From Hemiscyllium ocellatum (taxonomy: Eukaryota): a stretch of DNA of 64,000 bases. Below the pieces are notes generated by a model. The model did no database searches, had not been told where the DNA came from, and saw only the letters and a list, made by a program, of their open reading frames with translations. This document shows positions 1 to 13,389 of this stretch, in pieces. The DNA is taken from positions 72,258,345 through 72,322,344 of the forward strand of contig NC_083405.1 of assembly GCF_020745735.1 (NCBI RefSeq), read 5' to 3'. Made by a program: the position numbers and the translations under genes. The stretch's first letter is position 1. Every line of letters starts with the position of its first letter.

Positions 1-1487
1 AAGTAGGACCTGTGCCAAGTGCGAGTGAGGCGAGGAATAAGAAGATAATACAGTTAAATTTATATCTAAAGAGCTGGTGTAAGATGGAGAGTTTCAGTCA
101 AGTGGATCATTGAAATATTATCCAGGGCAGTTGAGACTCGTACAAGGATGGGTTGCAGTTAAACTGGAGGGACACCAATATCCTGCCAGGGAGGTTTGAT
201 AGTGCCATTTAGGAGGGTTTACATTAGTGTAACAGGGGGTGGGATGCATCTCAATGCATCAGCAAGTAAAATGATGGTGATCTGAGACAGAGGCCACTAA
301 GACTAAGAGCAAGAAAAGACAGGGAGACGTTACTGAACAAAATGGGATTGGCAGTCTGAGATGTATTTATTTTAAAGTGAGGAGTCAGACAGGTAAGGCA
401 GATGAACTTAGAGCTTGGATTAGTATGTACAACTATGATGCGGCTATTACAGAGACTTGAAAGAGAGACAAGATATGCAGCTTAACAGTCTGGGATTTAG
501 AGGTGATAAAGAGAGATGAGAGAGTGGTGAGAGAATTGTGTTACTGATAAGGGAGACTATCACAGCTGTACTGAGCGAGAACACTTTAGAGGGCTCATCC
601 AGCAAGGCCAAAGGGGTAGAACTCAGGAATAGGAAGGGTGCAATCACTTTGATGGAATTGCAATGTAGGCCTCCCAACAGCTAGAGAGCGATAGAGGAAT
701 AGATCTGTGGACAGATTAAGGAAACATGTAAAAACAACAGATTGTTGTCATGGATGATTTTAACCTCCCTCATATCAAGTGGGACTCGTTTAGTGCCAGG
801 GGCTTTGATGTAGCATGTTTGTTAGGTATGTCCAGGAGGATTTCTTGAAGCAATATGTAAATAGTTCAACTTGGGAAGAAGCCATACTAGATGTGATATT
901 GGGAATGAACCTGGCTAGGTGATTAAAGTTTCAGTGGGGGAGCAGTAATGACCATATTTCCATTAGATTTAATGTAGTCCTCAGGTGAAAGTACTAAATT
1001 GGGGAATGGCTAACGTCAACAATATTAGGTTGGGGGCAGCTGTTCGGAGATAAAAGATTTCCACATGACAGATGTGCATTTAACGGCTAGTTGATTAGAG
1101 CTCAAGACCGGCATATTCCTCTGAGAATAAAGGATAAAGATGGCAAGATTCAGGAACCATGGATGACAAGAGAAATTGCTAGCTTAGTCAAAAAGAAAAC
1201 AGAGGCATATGTAAGGGTTAGGAAACTGAAGACAGGCAGAGCCCTCAAAGAATATAAAGAAAACAGGAAAGAACATAAACAAGGAGTTAGGAGGGCTAAA
1301 AGGGACCATGAAATCTCCTTGGCAAAACAGGATTATCCCAAGGCATATTATGCAAATATAACGAGGAAAAGCATAGGGAGAGAAAGGGTAGGTACTCATA
1401 GACAAAAGAGGGAATTTAGTTGTGGAGCTGGAGGATGTGAGTGAGGTCCTTAAGAAATACTTCACATCAGTACTCACAACAAAGTTG

Positions 1488-1660
1488 CTGGACAGCAGGT
1501 TATATTCCAACAGGTTTATTTGAAATCACAGGTTTTCAGAGCACTTATCCTTCATTAGGTGATGAAGCAGCAGTGCTCAGAAAGCCTGTGATTTCAAATG
1601 TAACCTGGTGTCTTGTGATTTCTGACTGTATCCATCCCAGTCCAATAACAGCATCCCTAC
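1488..1660. mobile_element. Miniature fold-back Penelope-like element (family B 3' end) nested in CR1
   Basis: Imperfect palindrome atttgaaatcacagg...ccttcatt|aggt|gatgaagc...cctgtgatttcaaat; same family as 12513-13102. Confidence 0.75.
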
Positions 1661-1803
1661 AAAACAAAATTGAAGGACATGGTGCATGGTGAGTCCGGAG
1701 AGGCGTACGTTAATATTCTAGGGTATATAGATATAATAAAAGGTGGTGTTTGGTGCTTTGAAAAGTACTAGGGTAGACAAGTCCCTAGGATCTGATGGGA
1801 TCT

Positions 1804-2267
1804 CTCCCACTCTTCCGAGGACATGCAGGTTCTGGGCCTCCTCCATCGCCACTCCCTCACCACCTGATTCCTGGAGGAAGAACGTCTCATCTTCCACCAC
1901 GGGATCCTTGAACTCCATGGCTTCAATGTGGACTTCACGAGTTTCCTCATTTGTCCTCCCCCTACCTTACCCCAGTTCCAACCTTCCAGCCCAGCACCGT
2001 CCTCATGGCCTGTCCCACCTGTTAATTTTTCTTCCCACCCATCCGCTCCACCCTCCTCTCCAACCTATGACAATTACCCCCACCTCCATACATCTATTGC
2101 ACTCTCAGCTACCTTCTCCCTAGCCCCACCCTCTCCCATTTATCTCTCCACCCCCTAGACTCACAGCCTCATTCCTGATGAAGGGACTTTGCCCAAAATA
2201 TCGATTCTCCTGCTCCTTGGATGCTGCCTGACCTGCTGTGCTTTTCCAGCACCACTCTAATCCTGAC
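1804..2267 (+). mobile_element. Penelope-like element 3' fragment (GIY-YIG C-terminus, pLTR with decayed hammerhead), family A
   Basis: Translates SHSSEDMQVLGLLH...LEEERLIF..G.L..HGFNVDFTSF; CTGATGA at 2175; 13-bp TSD tctgatgggatct at 1791-1803 and 2268-2280. Confidence 0.88.
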
Positions 2268-3659
2268 TCTGATGGGATCTATCCCAGTATACTGAGTGAG
2301 GTGATGGAGAAATTATTGGGGCCTTGTCCAAAATCTCTGTATCCTCTTTAGTCAGAGGAGACATCTCGAGGACTAGAGAATAACTAATGTTCTTCCTTTG
2401 TTTAAGAAGAGCCATAGGGATAATCCAGAAAATTATAGACCAGCGAGCTTTACATCAGTGGTAATTAGGGAAATTATTGGAGAAGATTCACAAAGACAGC
2501 ATTTACTCATATTTGGAATCATATGGACTTGTTAGCAATAGGCAATATGGCTTTGAGTGGGTTAAGATATTTTTATTGAGTTTTTTTGACAAAGATGATT
2601 CATAAGGGCAGGCTGTTGGATGTTATTTACATAGACGTTAGCAAGGCCTTTGTTAAGGCCCCTCATAACAAGTAGATACAGAAGGTAAAATCATATGTGA
2701 TTCATGGTGAGCTGGTAATATGAATACAAAACTGGCTTGGTCATAGAAGACAGACAGTAAGTGATGAAGGGTATTTTTCTGACTGGAGATCTGTGACCAG
2801 TGAAGTTTTACAGGGATCAGTGCTGCTTTATCTATTGTTTGTAATATATATATGAATGATTTGGAGGACAGTGAAGGTGGTCTGATTCACAGGTTTGTGG
2901 ATGACACAAAGAATTGGGGATCTGTGGATAACGAGGAAGATTGCCAGAGGATACAGCAGGATATAAATAAGCTGGAGATTTGGGTGGGGAAATGGCAAAT
3001 AGAACTTAACCAGACAGTGTGAGGTGATTAATTTTGGAATGTCCAATATAGGAGGGAGGTATACAGTAAATGGCAGAACATGTAGAAGCATTGACGTACA
3101 AAGGGGTCAAGATGAACATGTCCACAGTTCCCTGAAAGTGGTAAGGTAGTCAAGAAGTTATATGGCATGCTTGCCTTCATCAGTTTGGGCACAGAGGATA
3201 AAACTTAGCAAATCATATTGTAGCCAAATTTGGAAGATTGTGTACATTTCTGGTTGGCAGAGGATATGGAGGCTTTGGAGATGGTACAGAAAAGGTTTAT
3301 CAAGATGTTGGAGAGATTGGACAAATTTTGTTTGTTTTCACTTAAACATTGAAGAATGAGAGGTAATTCGATTATGAGAGGCATGTATAAAATAAATAGT
3401 CATTTCTATCCAGTCTTCTTCCCTGGATAGAAATGTCAATTATATGGGGATAAGGTTTATGGTAAATGGGGGGAAGTTATAGAAGGTGTCGGCGACATGC
3501 GTTTTTACACAGAGAATGGTAAGTGCCTAGAATGTGCTGCCAGAAGAGATGGCCTAAGCAGATACAATAACAATGTTTAAGAAGCATCAACAGATATATG
3601 AATAGGCAAGGGATAGAGAGACAAAAAGACTTTAGCTTAGACAGTTGCCGTGTGTCTGC

Positions 3660-6389
3660 TGTCTACATTCCCATTCCATTGTTTACTCTACCCTGGCATT
3701 TGAAGTACTCACCCAGATTCCTCTTAAACTTTGTCAGAGTACCCGCCTTCACCACCCTCTCAGATTGCATGTTCCATGTTTCTACCACCCTGTGGTTGAA
3801 AAAAAAATCAAATCTCCTCTAAACCACTTGCTCCTCACCTTAAACTTATGCCCTCTAGTCTTAGACACATCTGCCATGAGGAAAAGATTCTCATGATCTA
3901 CTCTACCTATGTCCGTTGTGTACCTCAATCAGATTCTCCCTCAGCCTACTCTACGTCAAGTAAAACAAAACCAGCCTGTTCAGTTTTCCTCATAACTGAG
4001 ATGTTTCATTCTAGGTAACATCCTGGTGAATCTCCTCTCCAGTGTAATCACATTTTTCCAGTAGTGTAGTAACTAAAACTGCACTCAGTATTCAATCCAT
4101 GTCATAATCAATATTTTATAAAGTTGAAACAGGACTTCTCCTGTATTCTACTCCCGGCTAATAAAGGCAAGCATCCTAAATGCTTTACTCACCACTCTGA
4201 ATACATATACCAACACCTTCATGGATCTATGGATGAGTGCACCAGTGTCACTTTATTCCTCAGTGCTCTATAGTAGCTTACCACCCATTGTGTAAATTCT
4301 TCCCTAATTTGATCTCCCAAAATGCACACCTCAAACTTTTCAAGATTAAATTCCATCTGCCACTTCTCTGTCCAATTCACCATCTGATCAATATCAGGCT
4401 GTAGCCTGAGATCATCTTCCTCACTTTCAGTGACACCAGAAATATTCATGTCATCGGCAAACTTGTAATTATACCATCTACATTCACTTCCAAGTCTTTA
4501 ATGTACATAACAACAGCAAGAATCATGGCTCAATTCCTTTATGTATACCACTAGTCGCAGGCTCCAATCGCAAAGTACATCCATCCACCATCACCCTTTA
4601 CTTCCTATTTACAAGACAATTTTGGATCGGGTTTGCCAACTTGTCTTGAATCCCATAGACTCTTAGTTTTTTGGACCAGCCTTCCACATGTGACCTTGTC
4701 AAAAGCCTTACTAAACTTACAGCAACTGCACTAGCCTCATTGTTACATTTAGTCACCTATTAAAAAAAAAGAAATTAAATTGGACAGTATTTACCTTGAA
4801 CAGATCCATGCTAACTATCGCTGAATAATTCCAAGCATTGATTAATTCTGCCCCTTAGAATCTTTTCCAATAATTAACTACCACTGATGTCAGAATAACT
4901 AGTCCGTAATTACTTGGCCCATTCCTGCTTCCCTCCTTGAATAAAAGAACCATATTAGCTATCCTCCAGTCATCTGGCACTTCACCGGTGGCCAGCAAAG
5001 TAATAAATTTCTCTGACAGGGGTCCAGCAATCTCCCCAGCTCCAATATCATTCTGTTCTGTGAATACAGTTGAGAAATATTCATTTAAGAGCTCACCAAC
5101 ATCCACTGGCTCCATGTACAGATTCCCTCTTTGGTCTCTCCACCCCTTCCTTGGTAGTCATCTTATACTTAATGTACTTTATAAAAAGCTTTGGGACTTT
5201 CCTTGATCCTGTCTGTCAAAGATATTTTATGGTCCCTCTTTGCCCTTCTAATTTCTCTTTTAACTAACCCCTTACAATCTCTACTTTTGACAGGCCTCCC
5301 CTGTTTTTAATGAGCTGTTCTTGCATATGCTTCCTTTTTCTTTATCAGACTCTCTATTTCCCTTGACATCCACTGTTCCCTGGACTCACTGTCCTTGCCT
5401 TTTACACTTGGAGGATTATGCTGCCCTGAATTTTCACTATATTACTTTTAAAAGACTCCCGCTTTGCAAGCAGCTGCTCCCAGTCTATGTTTCCAGATAC
5501 TGCCTGATATTGAAATTGGACTTCCACTAATTTAAACACTTTACTTCAACACTATCCTTATCACTTTCCATAATGCTTCAAAAAAATACAGAGCTATGGC
5601 TACTATCCTTAAGATTCTTGTTCCTTGAGACTTCAACCACTTGACCAGCTTTATTTTCTAGTATCAGCTTTAGCACTATTCCTTCTCTCGTTGGACTATG
5701 TACTGGCACAAAAAGCTCTCCTGGATGTACTTTATAAATTCCACCCCTGTCTAATCCTTTTACTCGAAAGAGATCCCAATTAATGTTAGCAAAATTAAAA
5801 TCCTCTAAAACTATAACTCTGTTTCTCTCATGCCTTTCTGTGATTTGCCTGCATATCTGCTCCTGTATTACCCTCTGACTGTTGGGAGGCCTGTAGTATA
5901 ATCCCAGCAAGGTAGTTGCCCCTTTTCTATCTCTAAGCTTTTCCTAAATAGTTTCTTTTGATGACCCTTTGAGGATGTCCTGCCTCATCACTGCAGTGAT
6001 GGTTTCCTTTATCAATAACCCTGGAATGCTGACCCTGCCAGTCCTGTTCTTCCTTCAACCATGTATCAGTGATTGCAAAAATAATGCAACGGTATTCCCA
6101 CATCTGACCAATACTCTTAAGTTCACCTGCCTTTTCAGTCAAACTTCTTGCATTAAAATTGATATAATTTAGCTTTCTGGACCTCCCATGGGCATAATCC
6201 TGCCCATATCTTCTCTACCTACTGGACTGTCCTAGCATTCTTTCTATATCTGATTGGATCTTGCTCCTGACTTTATATCTGATCTGTGCCCCATCGCCCT
6301 ACCAAATCAGTTTAAAACCTTCCCGACAGCATGAGCAAACCTCCCAGGAAGGATGTCGGACCCATTCCAGTTCAGGTGCAAACCATTGA
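3660..6389 (-). mobile_element. Decayed CR1 LINE, tail-to-tail with the 1-3625 copy
   Basis: ORFs 4219..4449 (WQMEFNLEKFEV), 4855..5115 (GEVPDDWRIAN), 5578..5910 (GLYYRPPNS), and GLHLNWNGSDILPGRF in ORF 6307..6501. Confidence 0.9.
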
Positions 6390-6602
6390 GTAAAAAATGA
6401 GGTCTGCAGATGCTGGAGATCACAGCTGCAAATGTGTTGCTGGTCAAAGCACAGCAGGCCAGGCAGCATCTCAGGAATAGAGAATTCGACGTTTCGAGCA
6501 TAAGCCCTTCATCCTGATGAAGGGCTTATGCTCGAAACGTCGAATTCTCTATTCCTGAGATGCTGCCTGGCCTGCTGTGCTTTGACCAGCAACACATTTG
6601 CA
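6390..6602. mobile_element. Miniature fold-back PLE (family A): perfect 87-bp inverted repeat plus 37-nt tail
   Basis: Arms 6427-6513 and 6516-6602 are exact reverse complements with a 2-nt spacer; direct repeat tgcaaaccattga at 6377-6389 and 6599-6611. Confidence 0.9.
6511..6545 (+). ncRNA. Minimal type I hammerhead ribozyme motif (PLE-associated)
   Basis: CTGATGA(6514)-A-GGGC-TTAT-GCTC-GAAA-CG-TC-GAAT: intact core, stem II, palindromic ACGT in place of stem III, GUC triplet; stem I shortened by the inversion. Confidence 0.75.
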
Positions 6603-6613
6603 AACCATTGACC

Positions 6614-7230
6614 TTAGACTACCCCAATGGTCTGCTCAATCCTGGTTTGTGGAGCAGAATAGTTTTTAATGTAGCCCATATGTTTTTGGAATGTGCACCA
6701 GAGTATTAAGACAGGTCCTTAGCAGCTAGCTTTTCTTATACAATAGCCATCCAACCCTTATTTAATCATGATGAGTGAAATGGTGCTAGCATAGTGAGTG
6801 TTACAAAATGAAGATATCATGTTTGCTATCTGGATAAGAGGCATTGATCTGCATGATTTACCAATGGCGATTGCAAATCGCTGGATGCTGAGGGATTGGC
6901 ATTCGTAATGCTTGCAGCATGCCACAGAGAGGCTTTATGGTACCTATGAGAAAGCTTCAATTCTCACAAAGCCATTTGCTCACTGTCTACCTGTTTCTGG
7001 TAAGGGATAATAAAATATATGCAACAACCTTTGAATATAGAGCCTCAGTGACATCTCTTACACAACACTAGACAACAAACTTGCACTAGACAACAAACTT
7101 GACTGCAGTTGTGATTGCAACATGACAGATTTCAGCGAGGATCTTCTAAGTGAAGCAGACAATTGGATCATTGCTTCCTGTTAAATTCAGGGAGGAGAAC
7201 TAATCTCTAAGCTTTCTGACAACTTGCCTA
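6614..7230 (-). mobile_element. Fossil PIF/Harbinger transposase (HARBI1-like DDE domain)
   Basis: Manual translation gives, in the expected order, FSSLNL / CFT*KILAEICH / CCVRDVTEALYSK / ANGFVRI..F / IMQINASYPDSKHDIFIL*HS (YPDSKHD at 6816-6836) / GWLL (6741-6752) / IEQTIGV (~6620-6641). These match Harbinger motifs EVTEALY, YPGSxHDAFIL, GWLLGD and IEQTIGVLK. Multiple stops. Confidence 0.82.
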
Positions 7231-9999
7231 ATTCAGTAATTACCCTCTTCCTTCTCCTGTTTCCAACAACTATTCCTATCTGTATTACTCTGCTTCTGCA
7301 CACTGTTACATTGTTGTCTAAGGGGAATTCCAAATGCAGCAACTATGTCTAAGGGTAGGTCACCTGGGCAGATTTCTTGATTTTAAGAAAATGTCTTCTA
7401 GTTTATAATATTTCAATCCCTGTCAATTTGATCAATTTTCAACAACTTTGTGCTACCAACTTCTACAATGATGAGGGAAAAAAAATCAATCACGTACCAA
7501 CCTCAAAGTGTGTTTTAATCCATTTAACGAGCTCTGGTTGGTCCTGTCCTTGCTCAGCTGTGTGAAGTCAAGAGAGGCTATTACCTGGAGCACGGGGTTC
7601 CAAAATTGCAATACTGACCACATATGCTATTTCCTGTGAAGTCAGAGGAGCAAGAAGCAGCTTACAACTTGTTAGTATTTTACAACCTTGTTTGCTTTGC
7701 ACTTAATTCCAATTTGATGCTGAGGAAATAAGTTCATGCCTTTATCTGATCCACATTAAGTGAAAGAACTAAAAATAGCTATGCAGTAGATATAAGTGAT
7801 ATTGATGTGATATCAAGTTGTGTAGTAATAGTGTCTACAAAATATATTTTATTGAAATCCTGATAAACTCCGGTAAAAAAAAACTGTCAATAGTAAGAAT
7901 CCTGGAAAGTCCTAATTGGTACACAGTGCTAGGGCAAAGAATCTTTGACAATGAAGACTTTGTTCAAATGAATGACTGAAGTTAGGTCACCCATACTTGT
8001 CAAGCTGAACTATTTGGTGAAAGATAAGAGTAACCATCTTTATTGGGATTGAATTGCCGTTGCCATTTAAAGCCAGCTCTTGTGAAAGAAGTCTTTACAA
8101 CTCAAGATCAGTCTTGGCTTTTATCAAGTAATTGAAATTGTGACACTGTAAGTTCATGACATATCATTGAAAAGACCGACATGAGAAAATGAGAATCCTT
8201 GAAAATAGTTATCAGATTCCATAAAAGATTATATCAAAAGAAGGTTGTTTTCAGAAGCAAAGGTATTAAGTGTGTTATTAAGATCACACACAGATTATAG
8301 GTAAAAAAGTTGGAGAACTCAGAAAAAGATCAGAAAAGACAAATCATTTTAGGTGAATAAGTAACCCTTAAGTATGTATAAAACTTCTCCTTAAATACAA
8401 TAAATATAGCTAAGTGACAGTGAGTTCAATATTGTGACCACTTTCTAAGCAGAACCTTTGTTCTTGCAGGTGGTGTGTTTGACAGTTGGAAGATAAGATA
8501 ATCAGGTGGGACAGTGGCCTAGCTGAACCCCATTGCATTCCTCTCTCTGGGTCAACCTTCCCACTCCAAAAACAATTGAGGTCCTTGAATGGGTATTTAA
8601 TGAGCACAAAAAGACCTTATCTCACTGTCACCACCACATTGTCACTATGCGGTGTGCCTGCAGTTAAAACTGTGCAGTCAGCACATCACACTCCAGGCAG
8701 AGGGGATCCTTTTGCCAAAGTATCTCATTGATTGTACATTGAGAAGACAGGAGCCTTTTGATTGACCTGGAGCTCTTAGTGGGCAAGCCTTCTACCTGGG
8801 GTCTTGAATCTAGAAAACTCATGGATATGTCCCTGCCTGATTAGATTGCAGTTCAGCAAGCTACGTGCAAAGGGGCAGCAGGGGTTTTCTTTAGGGCTTT
8901 TCAGTCAAAAACTGAGACGCCTCAATGAAATTCTTCCCTCTGTCTTAAGAAATTTCTTCAAAATTCTGTATTTGATCTGTAAGTGAATGGGTTAAATAGT
9001 TTAACTTCGGAGTTTCTTTAGTGAAATAAGACGCGAGAAATGAGCAAAGCAGAAGAATGGCAGATGTACTCCAGACAAGATAAGAAATGAGACTAGCAAA
9101 GAGCCAGGCAAGGTAGTAGGTGACAGAAACAAAGGCACAACTCAGACTGTACAATCAGCAGGATAAGAAACCTGAAACAAGATAAAAATTAATTCCTGAT
9201 GCATGAACCACAGGCACTAAGAAAACTGATACTGGGGCATCTGTTTAATAAGTGATTACAAGTTGAGAAAATCAGAACTGAGTAATTATGTGGGCACATG
9301 ACTTAAGGTGCATGCAAGGAATCAACACTTGTGGCTTGTGCTAGTCTTAGACTGCTAGGACTGTCTTTCCCTGCATACACTTGATTAAACTATCATAGCT
9401 TGGCGGTGTGTCAAAGTACACCACAACAATGACTGTTGTATCTTTATGTTTTACTGTTCTGGACAGTTACTGAAAAGTCAGAAATATTGGAGGTAAATTA
9501 TGAGTAGATGTGATGCTGAAAATCTGTTGTTGGTATGAGTCTATCAAAAGCAGTTAAAAGTTAGATGGCAGAAGAAGAAAAATCACTGTTAATGCATTTC
9601 CCAAATGCAAAAAAAATTAAAGGAATTCTAAGTTCAGAATCTCGTGACTGCATTGAGAACACATTATTCCTTCCATACATTTAATTCCATACACTTACGC
9701 TAAAGTGAGTTATGGGGAGAGCCAAAAAAAATCAAGGTCCCCCAATCATTTGAATTCGGGCTTTTCACCGAAGATGCATTGCAGGACACTCTGAATGTGC
9801 TCATGCATGGCCATACATGGAAGTTGCCTGGAAACTTGCACTTTTGATAGGAGATACCCCTGCTTGCTGTGACCCTTCCCAAATGTTCTGACTCTGAGTT
9901 AAATCAGGCATTTGGGCCAGTTTCAATGTACATTCATGAATATTTACTCAGAACATGTTAGACAAATTAAACCAAGTCTATTTCCTGGGTGATCACGCA

Positions 10000-10400
10000 A
10001 CTCTCCCCCTCCCCCCAATAATTGCCTCGACCCCAATGCCTATCCTCTCCAATTCCCCACCAATTCCAACAACTATCTTCCTGACCTCTCTCAAACACAG
10101 ATGGATCACTTGACTATCTTCCCGGCTGGCCAAATATCCCCCACTCTTACCATACACCTACCCCTTCCACCTACACTCTACCCATTCACTTATTTGGTCA
10201 TCTCATGCACCACACTCTACCTATTCAGCTATTTATTAAACTAACCATGTCCCCTTCAATCCCTTACCTACCCACTCACGTCAACCACCACTGCCCTACC
10301 ATTTCATCCCAAACTTACCTCAACCATCCACCCTCCATCCACTTATCTACCTGACACAACTACCCACATCAACCCACAAATTCACTCATCCATTCATTTC
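10000..10400. repeat. C/A-rich, G-poor low-complexity tract, possibly the interior of an old non-autonomous element
   Basis: Strong strand asymmetry with recurring ctacc, cccac and cattca words. Confidence 0.5.
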
Positions 10401-10441
10401 AATTGAATCAGGACATGTAAACTTAACATACAATAACCTTT

Positions 10442-10550
10442 AGGGGTCTTGTAACATATTGGCGGTGTCCTTACCTCAGGTCCAGAAGATTCAGCTTCTA
10501 GTCGATAGGGCTGTGTTATAACATAATTGAACAAGTTGATTTAAAAATAT
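10442..10550 (+). mobile_element. Short degenerate tRNA-derived SINE
   Basis: gggtcttgt...gtgtccttacctc...ccagaag...gtgttataacat...gaacaagttgatt resembles a common shark SINE; A/B boxes eroded. Confidence 0.4.
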
Positions 10551-11106
10551 TTATAGCAACTTGTACAGTAGAAATGAGGCCTGACCTGTCTTGCCTGGTT
10601 CTGATCTGCTGTGACAGAGTTCTTCGAAGCTGCATAGTAATCTCCAGTCCAGAGAATTTACAGATGCAATGACAATCCAATGACTATTGTCACTGCTTGT
10701 AGTTTCTGGGCCATTATCACTCATATTGCCCTACTTCTAGTTTAACACCTACATTTCCTGAACAGAAATATAATTATTTTTATCTATTTATATTATTTCA
10801 GCATTACTGATACATCAGAACTGAAAGCAGAAAGAGCAACAACTTATATTTATAGAGTATCTTTAACATAATAAAACATCCCAGGGCTCCAAGAAGAACT
10901 ATAGGAATATGACAATGATTTCAATCATAATCAATTCAGATAGGTTTCTGAGGATTTTTAACAGTCTCCAAACTTTATTGAATAAAAATGAAAGAGCAAA
11001 GCCAGTTACATCTTCAGCATTCAGTCACTAACTTTGAAATGTCAGCCATTTGGGTGTGTAATTTTATAAATTACTATTTGATAAATCAGTATAAACATTC
11101 AAATCA

Positions 11107-11538
11107 GGAGGATTTGAGCTATAGGGAGAGGTTGAATAGGATGGGGCTGAGAGGTGACCTTATAGAGGTGTATAAAATCATGAGGGGCATGGATAGGATA
11201 AATAGACAAAGTCTCTTCCCTGGGGTGGGGGAGTCCAGAACTAGAGGGCATAGATTTAGGGTGGGAGGGGAAAGATATAAAAGAGACCTGAGGGGCAACT
11301 TCTTCATGCAGAGAGTGATACGTGTATGGAATGAGCTGCCAGAGGAAGTGGTGGAGGCTGGTACAATTGCAACATTTAGGAGGCATTTGAATGGGTATAT
11401 GAATAGGAAGGGTTTGGAGGGATGGGCTGGGTGCTGGCAGGCAGGACTGGATTGGGTTGGGATAGCTGGTCGGCATGGACAAGTTGGACCTAAGGGTCTG
11501 TTTCCATGATGCACATCTCTATGACTCTATGACTCTAT
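11107..11538 (+). mobile_element. Young 5'-truncated CR1 3' end
   Basis: LRGDLIEVYKIMRG...RTRGH...FFMQRVIRVWNELP in ORF 10988..11509; ends in (ctctatga)n tail. Confidence 0.92.
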
Positions 11539-12512
11539 TTTCGTTTTCAGTGTTTGATATATGTGTACATGAAATCATTTTGACAGCATTCTAAGTTGCT
11601 TCACTCTGATAATTTGAATCCCAGAACATCTTTGGTAGAGCTGACTGGTATGATTGTTCCAAAGCTATTTGTTAATGGCAGCATATATTTAGAAGTTATT
11701 TCACAGTCACAGTTTATGTTTTGATATCAGTCTTTCTATCTGTGTTTATCAAACAGCAAAACAAATCCTTACTGACCACAATGACATAATTCATCTCAGA
11801 AAAGAGCATTGAATCTGAGAATCACTATATTTGAAACATTAGCTGGATGCCGTCTGTAATATTACATTTATAGGTTGTCCATAAAGCAAATACAAATTCT
11901 TTGCAGCATGCCTGGTGACATTTACACTGATTTTCCTTCCAATTTAAAGATGAAGCTAATGAGGCTCTCCATCCTTTATTCACAACTGGTGCACCAATTT
12001 TACATAGAGGGCAGGTGTGCAGTTAAATGTTGAAATTGCTGTCTGAACTACAAAATAAGCTTGCCAAAGGAAGTTAGTTCTTGCGCTTTATATTCTCAAG
12101 CAGAAAAACAGAGTAATGCAGCTGCTAGAAACTGGAAATAAAAACACAAAAGCTTGCCAAACTCATTCTCAGTCAAGTAACCTTTCATAATGCCAATAAG
12201 ACTTTCTGATATTGAAAATTAACTGCTAGGGTTGTGCAATCCCATTCCTTCAGGTTTTAATTTTTGTTGGAGACTTTAAAAATATCACATTTCAAGTTAA
12301 AAGTTTCTGTCTCTTTTCTCTCTCTCTTAATCCAATCATTACTCTCTTTATTTTCCTTTCAGTAATTAATATACATTGCCCATATCAATTTATAGTTCCT
12401 TTACAGTCCTTGAGTTTCTTATTTCATAATCTTTCTGTTTAATTGGATAAGTAGATAGTTACTTTGTTCATACAGATTGCAGACTCTGGGTTTCCCTTGC
12501 TGCATCATTATC

Positions 12513-13102
12513 TGGAGAAACCGATGTTGAACTGGGGTGTACAAAGTTAAAAATCACACAACACCAGGTTATAGTCCAACAGGTTTATTTGGAAGCACTA
12601 GCTTTCAGAGCACCTTCAGGGGTTTAGGAATAGAACCATAAGGCATAGAATTTATAGCAAAAACTTATGGAAATAAGATGATATATTTAACATACCTTGA
12701 TTATTTAATAAACCTCGATTGTTGTTAAGTCTTTCATCTTTTAGAATGGATTACAGGTTTTGGTTCATTAATATGTAAATCCCAGAACTTCTTGTAAATC
12801 ACATTCTCGAGATAAGTTCAGGTTTTAGACAAAAAAGGTGACATCTCAGATCAGACAATGTCTTAAACGTGAGTCTGCCGGTTCTCAATCTTGACTCAGA
12901 CTGGTTTGAGCAAGGTTTGTTAAATAATCAAGGTTTGTTACATATATCATTTTACTTGCATGACATTTGTAATCTTTTGCTATAAATTCCGTGTCTTATG
13001 GTCCTACTCCACAACCCCCTGAAGAAGGAATGGCGCTTCGAAAGCTAGTGCTTCCAAATAAACCTGTTGGACTGTCACCTGGTGTTGTGTGATTTTTAAC
13101 TA
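12513..13102. mobile_element. Fold-back PLE (family B) with long inverted termini
   Basis: agttaaaaatcacacaacaccagg... at ~12545 is inverted relative to ...cctggtgttgtgtgatttttaact at 13101; hammerhead-like CTGAAGA...GAAAGCTA at 13019-13047; 12-bp TSD tgcatcattatc at 12501-12512 and 13103-13114. Confidence 0.88.
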
Positions 13103-13389
13103 TGCATCATTATCAACTCACATTTTCTGTAACTTGTGGACTTATCATCAGTTTCTCCTTACCATTCATTCTCCTCCAAATCAAACAAAAAAGAACCAAG
13201 TGCTTGGACTTTTAATGTTATACTATTCAGAAATATTGTATAACAACTTATCACGCAGTTTTTTAACCACCAGCTCTAAAAGCTTTGTCACAACCTAGAA
13301 CCAGGACTAATTTGATGTCCTAAAAAGCCAAATCCATATAGAGAAAATTTTAAAAAAATCTCCATTGATCATGTGACATTTTTTAACAA

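Larger units (their letters stand above)
1..3625 (+). mobile_element. Decayed CR1 LINE (ORF1 SGNH-esterase C-terminus, APE endonuclease, RT, 3' end)
   Basis: DGLQLNWRDTNILPGRF-like segment at ~150-200, endonuclease motifs from ~360, EPWMTREI in ORF 1091..1444, FVDDTK (tttgtggatgacacaaag) at ~2894; many stops and frameshifts; interrupted by two PLE inserts. Confidence 0.9.

Noticed and set aside
6390-6602. Palindromes interpreted as DNA-transposon MITEs or CRISPR-like repeats
   Set aside because: The same sequence follows GIY-YIG remnants at 1804-2267 and 52731-53185, TSDs are long and variable, and there is no repeat-spacer array.
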